Source: Nemertoderma westbladi (Eukaryota; Animalia; Xenacoelomorpha). From it: 44,682 bases of DNA. Within the stretch, counting starts at the first letter, position 1. Each line of letters begins with the position of its first letter. This document shows, piece after piece, positions 34,321 through 44,682 of this stretch. The notes beneath the pieces were generated by a model. The model made no database searches. It worked only from the letters and a program-made list of their open reading frames with translations, and had not been told where the DNA came from. A program made the translations under genes and the position numbers. The DNA lies in NCBI GenBank assembly GCA_032718475.1, contig JAUCBJ010003259.1, forward strand, positions 1 through 44,682, in the 5' to 3' direction.

Positions 34321-36098
34321 CATATATTTGAAAATTGAATTGTAAGCGCAACTATTTATCAATTGTTTTAGTTGTTGAATTTTGGAAAGTTTGGAACAAT
34401 TCGATGTGCGATATTCGATATATTTGTATATTACCAACATTAAGGAACGCGAAATTAAATACCTATAACAGCATAGAGTCAATGTAAAACCAGTAAACTA
34501 GAATCACAACAGCTGAACAACATTTCACTAATTTTCAATTACGTTCATTATTTATTGTTCTACCTGTATTCAGTCGGTTAGAGTAATGCCAAGCAGTACA
34601 ATTTCTATATCATTAATATACGGTCCTCAACTCAGGCTAAGCTCAATTGAATTGTAAAGGCTTAGTAGATTTTGTATATCTGGGACGTTTACAACAGCTG
34701 TCGATTAAACTAACAAAACCAGAAAACTGAACCAGGGTACCAGCCGGGTACCAACGGCTGTTGGGTAGACTGAATGGAACATTTCACCTATTTCCATAGG
34801 AAGCTTGTACATTATATGTGGGGTGGGTGCCTCGGATGTTGGGTAGACTCCAAGAAAGATTTGACAAACATTCATAGGAGACTTGTGCATTATATTGGTT
34901 GCTTCCGATGTTTGTATTAGGCTAACTGCGAATGCATTAGGTAGAAATAATTTGTCTTTATTTTATTTATCTAATACAGTAGGACTCCTTACCAGAATAA
35001 ACTGATCTTTAGTGCTCGTTTCACAGGTTGCTGATAGGGATAACATATCACACATCGCACTAATTGTGATTTGTCTGCTTATGCAAATGTATTACATTAG
35101 ACAGGAGGCAGTTTGTTTGGTTGATGCGAGTGATTTTTGGTTTGCATCTACCAATCCCATCTGTTTCTTAGAGTCTGTGTAAGACAGGTTCGTTTTAAAG
35201 CCATCTTGATGGCGTTCTAACAACAAGTATATTAATAATAGTTGGCCCCAATGAGATCGTAACCTCCTTAATGATGAATTAATTATAAAGTCAGATGTCC
35301 GTCCAAACTGTTCCCAACTCAATATTTATTTATAATCACATTTTAGTTGGTTGATCAAACGCTAAGCTGGATGGGCGGACGAACTATCCGTGATGAAATC
35401 CCATCGTACATTCAATCAATAAGGTTGATGGAATGATATAGTTCGTTGCTGGTAATACTAATCAATTCAAATTCAACTTCCCGTGACTAAATCCCAGTGC
35501 CGGTAATTTATAATCAATATTTATTCAGTCGAATTCATCTGGATCATGGTAATTATTGTGGTAAATGAACTGAACGAACGACTGCACGAACTCATAATTA
35601 ATGTCGTTGATGCAATTACGTGAAGCATTTAGTGAAGCGTAGCGGTAGTTTTCTTTATTGTCATATAACTGCAGCTTTCAGACACAAATTCCCATTAGAA
35701 ATCGAATTTTTGTCTTTGCCGGACCACGGAGTAATCCGCTATTATATTTTTTTGAAACCAAAATCATCAAAATGTTCAAGTATTGCTACGCAGATTATTA
35801 CAAATGTGCTAATGTCATTAATCTCTTCCAGTTAATCTTAATGTAACTAATTACTATTTACTTCACTCTTACAGTCAGGAGTCAGCACTTTATAATATTG
35901 CAGGGCAGGGGGTACTGGTAAATACAAGAGTAGAAAATTGATATATTATTTTACTTCGAAAATAAGATCCTTTTTAAAATCTTTAAATTGTTATTACATT
36001 TTTTTAGTTATTGAGTTACCAAATCCAATGATGATCCAAAAGTGTCATTTGAGGAAAACATTGCGAAGCATTATATAAAATTTCATACGATATGTATG

Positions 36099-36775
36099 TA
36101 ATAAAATGTATTTCTGGAATTTTTGTATTGTTGTTGTCAAGGTAACCGGGTACAAAGTTCAAACTTTGCCCCTTTGTAATTCAAGATGAGGGATTATGTT
36201 CTTTAGATTTGGCAGGTGAATAAAGGAAATAAAAGTATTTGACATTAAAATTTTTTACATTTCCGTTGCCATGGTAATAAGTATAATGAAAAATTTGAAT
36301 AATTGTAAACCAATTCTATAATACACAATTTTTATCGGTATATTTTATCAATTGTCAATTGTGAATCTTGTTTGTAAGTTCAATAAGTGCCAGTAAAAAA
36401 AACTGTCCAATCAGAGAGCAAGACCTGTGATAGCATGATTTTTAGATTCCAGAATATTACATTTTGGTTTGCTATTATTATAATAAAAAACAGCCCCGGG
36501 CACGTCAGTTGCAAATGATATAAATAGTAAATAGTAGCCCAATTTCTAGCTGGCGGTCAATGTGAAATTATCGTTACACCCATCACCATGGAAACGGGAT
36601 TGTAAAAAAATATACCATTCAAATATTTTGATAGACTTTTATTTCCTTTACTCACCTGCCAAATCTCAAGAACAGAATCCCCCATCGTCTTGAATTACAG
36701 ACGGGCAAAGTTTGAACTTTGTACCCGGTTACCTTGACAACAACAAAATAAAAATTCCAGAAAGACATTTTATTA
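36099..36775. mobile_element. Fold-back/MITE with ~170-bp inverted arms
   Basis: TTGTTGTCAAGGTAACCGGGTACAAAGTTCAAACTTTGCCC (~36130) vs GGGCAAAGTTTGAACTTTGTACCCGGTTACCTTGACAACAA (~36703). Confidence 0.85.
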
Positions 36776-37508
36776 ACATTTCTATGAACCCTAGTCATCA
36801 TATCCACCTAACAAAAGTAGCACATAAGAAGTTTCTTAGGAAATATTATTATGAAAATAAAATAGTGCCATAAATAGGGAAATAATCGGCCTCCGCTAAT
36901 TTTAACAATCCGCTCGCTGCATGACCTGTAAATTAGTACACCTTGATCCAAACATACACAAACCTATACGGTATCTATATTCTAGAACGCAAATAAAAGC
37001 GAATAAAACTATAACCCTTCCACCCTTACATACACACCCACCATCACACCTACCTACACACCCCCACATTCGTATGTGAACGTACCTTAACGTACCGTTG
37101 CCTACCGTTGACTCGCATAAACGTTACCCCTACTTTATATCACAAAATCGAATCTTTATGTAGGATTAAACTACAGCGGCGTTGTTCAGACGCATGGGGT
37201 AATAAATAGGGCCTACAGCTACAATAGTAGCCCTATATTTTTGAAGTGCTTTAATTTCTTCTCAACATTTTCAATTAAACTTTTTGTACATCAAATCTCT
37301 AAAATGTTAGGTTTATTGTCAGTTCAACAGGTCGCTCGCTACTAGACTGCATTAAAATTGTGTGAATCCTCTCTTATTTTGTTTTAAATAAAAACCAAAT
37401 ATGTTTTACTTATCTTATTATCATATCGACTTCATACCATCTGTTTGATTGTTTGTGTTTGTGTTATGATTTACTCCATTTACATATCTATGTAAATGTG
37501 CCGGAGAT

Positions 37509-37848
37509 ATGTCGAAGTCAACAACACCTCAGAAAATCTGTGAGCCAAAGATTGTAAACATAAAATGCGAAAATTGTACAACAAATTGTAACAGTTCATC
37601 TAAAAACAGTGCCGACTGCATCCAGGTTGGAGAAACGGTAGCGAATATAGAAGTTCCGGGAACATTGTTTAATGGAAACGACAAGGAAATGGTGGAGTTT
37701 ACCGATTCGAACTGTAGGTCTATATTAAGTGATGGTAATGTACTACAGCCAGTCGGTGACTCACTGGGTCAGAAGTTAGTAATTGGGAAGACTAGGAAAC
37801 GACCCAAAGAAGAAATGAGTTGTACTATTATAACGGGAAGCAAACCAG
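37509..37848 (+). CDS. Possible first coding exon of an unidentified gene
   Basis: 113-codon open frame from ATG, ending at a CAG|GTTAGT donor. No recognisable domain and no downstream exon found. Confidence 0.35.
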
Positions 37849-38856
37849 GTTAGTTGTATTCGGTGGCGACCCATGTATGTGGTTAGATAAACCACAGAGT
37901 GAGATGAGTTATAAGTTGTGATTATTATTTGATTACGGTGTACAATATCAAATACAAGTTTAAATAATCTTTAAATCAAGGAGTTATATATGTACTGACT
38001 ACATTTGGTGTTAAGGGGGGGGGGGGGGGGGGGGGGGCTGTATCTTTTTTGGGATAAAAAATGCAAAATCGTTGTTTTAGTCGATTTTTGTGCAGAATGT
38101 AATGGCGAATCCGAATATGTAAGTTATGACTTCTCAACATGTTTAGTTTTGGCGATATGACGATTTCACTATCGAATGTTTCCATAGAAATATTATTATT
38201 ATAACATTATTTTCCCCAAAAAATTTGTTTCCCGGCTTAAACAGACAGACTGGATTTTGTCGAACATCAAAACTGACACCGGAAATGAAATCAGCGACCT
38301 CGAAAATATGTATGTTGACCGGCATTCGAACAGACAAAAACACATATCGACGACAGACAGTCAAACTAACAGATACACAGACAAAATTCAACTAAAAATC
38401 AAATCTGACATCGGAAATGAAATCAGCGACATGGAAAATCCCAAAGCGAAACTTTTAGATATTTTGCGTGTTTATTATATTTTGGCGGACAAACCAACAA
38501 ACAGACAGACATTCCTACAGACAACCAGACACCGAGGTAGCAAATATAGTTAACTGAACGTACCATGGATTGAATGAACCGTTCATTTTTCGTTATATTT
38601 AGTGAATGAATAGAAAATTGTGAATGTTGTAAAGGTTCACTTTGCGTAATTTGTATTACCGCCATGCTAATAACTAAAAATGGACGTTGAATAAATGTTA
38701 TTTTTCACTTTTAATCAACGTTGTCACTTTTAGTCAACGTTAAGGTATTCAAAGTTTATTTAACGTCAAACTTTCGTTCATCATGTTGCAATCACGTTGT
38801 TTGAACGTTTAAGCAACGTTCTCAAATAGGCTTGTGTGGACTTCCCAGTGGCGACT

Positions 38857-39083
38857 ACAATATACATACAATATTGCAGAAATTCAGCGAATAAAACTGT
38901 AATAATCACTTCTGCCTTATCCTTCAGCAAATTAACCTAATATAATAACCTCGGCCTGCGGCCTCGGTAATTATACAGGTTAATTTGCTTCTGGAACGGC
39001 ATCAGTGATTATTCAGTTTTATTCGCTTCAGGTTATTATTTCCGTATATTAACTCTAGAACATTGCAATATTGTGTTTATTGT
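38857..39083. repeat. Fold-back hairpin element, tip CCTCGGCCTGCGGCCTCGG
   Basis: AGCGAATAAAACTG…AGCAAATTAACCT vs AGGTTAATTTGCT…CAGTTTTATTCGCT. Confidence 0.85.
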
Positions 39084-40269
39084 TAATTTGAGCATATTGA
39101 ACGAACAACATGACAGCATACTTTGTACTTTTAAGGATCATGTTCTAATACAAACGCGCATATTCAATTTTTTTCAAGCCTTGCGTAGCATTTAAATCAA
39201 TTTCCTTTAATTAATATCGCTCCAGAGGTCGTGGGGTTCTACCCCACGACTATAGTTTTCGTTTAAGCACAAATGCTAAAGGGACTAACCAAACTTAGGG
39301 CGCATACTGTATATTGCTTTGTTAATTAAATGGTCGTTAAATGATTACCAGTTATCTCTTTGCCTGTAAGGAGTGCCTGCGGGGTCTATACTGGACATCA
39401 GTCGTTGCCTCTAACCTAAGGTAACGACGACCGAATCTGTGCAACTACTGTATATTTTTTTCATAATCTATTTAATTAATTGTTGCAGAAATCACGTTAT
39501 TTTATTTTCTTCAATACTAGGCTCTTTTTACTGATAAATTAATAAAGATAGGCCAGCTTTACTATGGATATTCATAATAATAACACAATTTGTTGGTATT
39601 TTTAAAAACACTAGCTACCATAAAAATTAAACATGTACCGAGTCGAAAATATATTCCAGAACATAATCAACAGCCAAAACAGCTATAAAACAGATATACA
39701 AAGGCAGAATAATGGGTAATAATAACACGGGTTACTGTAGTACCCCCCCCCCCCCCCCCCCCCCCCATTAAAATTTAATGAAATTAATAAGATGGCAAAC
39801 AACGAAAAGTTCTTAACTTTTTCTTATGCCGTTTGTATCTAATTTAAGGATGCTCAATTGGAATAAGAGTTATCATTCTTACTTACGAATACTGGAGTAG
39901 AATTTAGTGCCAATCTGTCAATCTTATTGAGATGGTCATTTGGCTCAATGTAAAATATATAGCTACAGTACATTATTGAAAGAAACCGTAGCAAGTTTGG
40001 TATATTGCTGTACCATAGGATAATACATAAAATTATATGAATATACTGCAACATATATTTTCTAGAATGCCGTATCAGAGCAATTTCTAAGAAAAGAGTA
40101 TAATTTTAACATTTATAGAACATTTTTTTAAAATTATACGATTTTTTTAAAATTATACGATTATAATTTTAGCTAGTTTCCGTAGCAATATGCGAAAATT
40201 AACAATAAACAGTAATATATCAAACAATACATTCTTCATTCAGTTCTGTATTTACTTTTTAGTCGTGAC

Positions 40270-40552
40270 CGGTAAAGTAGTCTGGCGGTATTGAAGCGGT
40301 AAGCCAGCGGTACACTACTATCCGGTGCCCGTTCACACCCTACGGTACCGTTGCGGTAACTGATTGTCTATCTGTGAACTGTGAATTCAACAGGAAATTA
40401 CATTAATTGTTTTAACATTGTTTAAATGGGCTGCGGTAAACCGCGCGGTTTAGCGCACAACTACCTGTTGGGTCGTTCACAGTCAGCGGTGTACCGCTGG
40501 CCCTGCGGTATACCGCGCGGTGTACCGTTCCGTTGGATGTGAACGTGCCTTA
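40270..40552. mobile_element. Probable PIF/Harbinger-type MITE remnant
   Basis: Ends in ATGTGAACGTGCCTTA, with a similar end at ~37074 and internal GCGGT/ACCGC repeats. No TSD pair verified. Confidence 0.45.
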
Positions 40553-40890
40553 AAAAAGGACTGGCTTTTGAACGCTGTTTTGCTACCTGGGAAGACAGAG
40601 TTGATTTGTACAAATTTGAAAACTGACATGAGAATTGAAATCAGCGACTACGTAAACCCCCATAGTGAAAATTTCAGCTGTCTGCTTCTTTAAAATCATT
40701 CATAAATGACTATTTTAATTAATTCATATCGGCAGTCGCATAGAGACTGACCAATTTGCGCGGGACGGTTCAAACTTTAAACGCATTTTACTCAAAATAT
40801 TTTTTCCTCGTTTTTTTTTTTGCTTCACGCAAAATCGATCTACTCTTTCATTTTATATTCGTTTGAAATTTCCAGTGAATGGTCTTGACA

Positions 40891-40965
<75 letters not shown>

Positions 40966-41610
40966 TACTACTTTATATTGACGGGAACTCAGCCCATAGT
41001 ACATAATTATGCTGTAGATATATACAGTAGCACAATTTTATTGTAATAGATTACAAACATTACATAATATCACCTCAAAGGCGTACACAACACTTATTAT
41101 AGCATTCTCTAACTAAAACATTGTTCGATTTACGTACACGGTTAAAAATAGAATAAATGTTGGAGCGCAGAACTGACTTAAATGTATTCACCCTATTGAG
41201 TACAAACTAAGTATCAGCATCATCAGTTCTAGAATATTTGAACCGCAGACGAAAAACAGTATATTATATGAAACATATCATCATATGTAAACATTCCATT
41301 CGAAAAATCGACCATAATGAGCAACAATATAAACTGTAACAAAAAGATTGGAAGAGCTGTACTTTAACGGAGAACGAACAATGCGAAATGTGCAAGGTTA
41401 ATTGGTTTCCTCGACAATACATATTACTGCGGATGCGCATAATGTCAGATTCATCAGAAAGATTACAGCTTATAGTATGTCCTAGGTAAGATATCTCTTT
41501 AACATAGGAAAGTAATTTACCGTTAATGAAAACGTCACCAGCTCGACCTAAACAATTTGGCAAAAAATACACGCAATGAGACTTAGTAGGGTTATAGTCT
41601 ACCTGCCAAC
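40891..41610 (-). mobile_element. 3' end of a decayed LINE (RTE-X-like) with (AAT)n tail
   Basis: YNPTKS…YLGHTISCNLSDESDI…MYCRGN…VKVQLFQSFCYSLYCCSLW; (ATT)n at 40891-40963. Confidence 0.75.
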
Positions 41611-43136
41611 TCCCGAAAATTAAGTTTAGATGGCATTTTTTGTTAATGGTTGGCATCCACCTGATTTTTGTACTTCAAGACATGGCGAATCCAGCTAGGC
41701 CGGATGCCACCTCTGCATTTTTGATTTAATGCCTTTTTTTGGGATTCAAAGTTTTTTGCTCAAAAATGTGTTTTTTCAATTTTAGGATACAAGTTCATGG
41801 TGAATGTTAGTGAATCTCGTCTCATAACCAGTGTATAAATTGAAAGTTATTCAAAATGCATCAATGTTGTCCTGAAACTGTTATAAACACTTTGGTAAAG
41901 AAGAAAATTTCCGAAATTCCCTTGCAGTCCGCCAACCCGGCCCTAGTAACCGCCTTAGCAACAGATTTATGAAATTTAAATTATCAATTTCTTTGTCTCA
42001 CCTTTCCTTTTCCTGAGAAAATCAACAAACAGTTTTAAAAATCAAAAAACCCATCACACAACTTATATGACATCTTGGGAACACATCAAGGGCAATATAA
42101 AATCAAATAGCGTCAATGTCGCAAACACAGGCCCATTATTTGGACCAGAGTAATTTACACAAGTATCAAAATATTAAGTTTAAGTGGAGAATTCGTGTAC
42201 CTTTACTCAACTATTTGCTTCTATATTTGTAATTATTTCAAAATATCACTACAGCTAAGTAGCATGGTGATACTTCCCGTCATATTGTACACATTCGGGT
42301 GACATTTACAGTCCACGTTACCATAGCAACAGACCAAATAAGACAATTTAACAAGAATTAAATTTACAGTATAACTATAATGCAGTATTCTCTAGGCCTA
42401 CCTTACCAGAGTTTGAGAGATTAAATGTAACACACGTCGCATAGCTATAACCTTCGACTGTTAGTCAACATCCTATCGTGACTTGGGGGAAAATTGTTTA
42501 ATATAAATATGAATTTTAAAGTATCTCATGCGTTCATTGAGGAGACCTACAGTGAATAGTTAACTCACTCTAAATTCTGTTACGATATTAGTTTTGCAAC
42601 AGGCAGGTACATCACACTATGCACCGTCGAGACAGGGGTTGAGCGGGGGAGGGGGCACAAATCCCCTTTCTGTTTTTATTTTGTTTTTATTTCAATTATT
42701 TTTTCTCAATGTTAAATTATCAATTTAGGGAAAGGACCAGTTTACAATGGCACGTTATTCCAACCAAAACAATAAACTTAATAGAACAGATTGAAGTTTA
42801 ATTTTTGAGAGTAATCGGGTGTTATTTGCATCGATTTTCCCCTGGAGAGGGATCAATTATGATTGCGTTGAAAGACCCCCCCCCCCTCTCTGGCACCATA
42901 AATATCGACCTACCTAACAGTAATGTTTCTTTCACTTTGAGATTGATTTTCACTATCACTTGCATCTGCCTATTATTATTATGACTTGATGGAAATGGAT
43001 GGTGACGAACATATTCCTACTATTAAAAGGAAAACTTGCCCGAATGAGGTTTGTGAAGAGACATGCATAGTATATGGAGCAAAGAAAGATGAGCCATTGC
43101 TTCAGTTGTCGGAAAGTTAAAATTAAAGGTGTCAGC

Positions 43137-44682
43137 ACTACTACTACTATTACTACTATTACTATTGGCATGCTACATTGCAGCTGCATTATATATATTA
43201 CATATATATTTAGAATGCTGTGCAGGCTTATCGACAAAATTGCGTTGCCACAACTCTCTGGCACCCATGACAATTGCTATATCATCCGCATCTTCAAGGC
43301 CAGTGTCCTTTAAGATGCGTCTCAAGAAAGTCATGGGTTGTCCACCATGCTTATTCACTTCATGAGGTAGCCAAAGTACAAGATAATGCACTGGCTGTTC
43401 CTCACAGTGAAAGCAATGTCCTGCAAGGCTGAGGCGGTTCCGTTCAAGTGGCAAGCTAGAGGAGACTGATGAAACAGCTCCAATGTTGTATAGAGTCTGG
43501 TTGGAGATGTGTTCGTTGTACATAACACAATGAACCCGGCGCAGCATTCTTGTGAATGTGCCATCCAGAGATTTGGTATCCTCTGCAGTTAGAGCCCAGC
43601 CTGGACTCCCATGGAACTACTGCTGCCAGAAATAATCGAACCTTGAGGTACCGTTTTATTATGTGGGACTTACAAACCCTGGATAGTCTATTCAATGCAG
43701 CCCATGCCTCCCCCTTACGTATCCGAAGGTCCTCACCTGAGTTTCTGATCCATGATCCCAAGTAGCAGAAGTCATCCACGTGCTCAAGCAAGCCATTCCT
43801 GGAGCTTATTCCCTTACGATCAGACATTTCTTGAGGGCTGTCTAGGTTCAATGTCATAATTTTTGTCTTCTTGGAATTTACAAAAAGACAAACACTAGAA
43901 GCAACCTCGTCCAATGAGCAGAGAAGCCTTTGGGCTACCTCTAGTGATTCTGACAGTATCCCTATATCATCAGTAAAGTCTATATCAGTTAGGTACTTTG
44001 CTGGATTTCCTCCACTTATTGTGCCAGTAGGGGGTACCATCATCCCATTTTAATAATTTTAATTTTTATGGTCTAAGGACATGCGTAGAACACAATCAAC
44101 CACAATTAAGAATTAGAATGGTGCAAGTGTGTAACCCTGAAGGATTCCGCATAAGAGTTCGAATGGATCTGTGTCACCATCAGCAGTAGACGCAAATGTG
44201 GTGGAACCATCAAACAGTGATCGGAAAGCTGCAATAATTTCCCCAGGAAACCAATGTGCTACAAGTATGCTAAACATCCGTGGTCGGGAGACTGAGTCGA
44301 AGGCCTTAAAGAAGTCAACAAAGATAATAGCCAGATGTATGTCTTTCTTTGTTGATAACTCTTTGATTATCCTTCTAAGTGCCAGAATAGACTTCATGTC
44401 CCACGGCCTTTATGGAACCCATTTTGATTCTCACAGGATTCCTGATGCGGTTTAATAGAATTATGTTGTATAGCTTTGCAGCAATCGAGATTAACGAGTT
44501 TCCACGAAAAGCTTTATAGGTTGTTAGGTTGCCCTTTTTTGGTGCATGTACCAACTTATATATTTTCATTTCTTGAGGGACTATCTTTGTCCTATACATA
44601 CTCAGAATAATGGGGTGACTGAGCTCTAAGCACTCATCAATTTCATAGACCTCAGGGGCAAGCCATCTACTCCAATGGCACG
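43137..44682 (-). mobile_element. Decayed RTE-clade LINE, RT region, running off the window
   Basis: KKGNL…RGNSLISIAAKLYN, FVDFFKAFDSV, GILQGYTLAPF, DIDFTDDIGIL and DDFCYLGSWI lie in shifted frames; (TAG/TAA)n tail at ~43137-43165. Confidence 0.88.

Noticed and set aside
34990-35330. Possible minus-strand exon
   Set aside because: All frames between the candidate splice sites contain stops.

Overview
AT-rich, repeat-dense eukaryotic DNA, probably from an invertebrate. Two host genes are well supported: a 5-exon minus-strand gene for a 205-aa secreted protein with four ShKT domains (7344-9927, missed by the ORF track), and an intronless EXOSC4/RRP41 (31021-31746). The centre holds a very young 12.6-kb BEL/Pao-type LTR retroelement (13858-26424) with 1203-bp near-identical LTRs and a CATGT target-site duplication (TSD). 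It keeps an open Gag-protease ORF, has lost RT, most of RNase H and integrase, and carries a decayed unknown gene in the env position. It has no tRNA-type PBS; instead the 11 nt next to the 5' LTR are perfectly complementary to a sequence inside its own LTR, which resembles Tf1-type self-priming. The rest is decayed LINEs, a Penelope GIY-YIG remnant, IS3EU-like and hAT MITEs with intact TSDs, fold-back hairpin elements and minisatellites. All comparisons were made by eye; family names come from motif recognition, not database searches.
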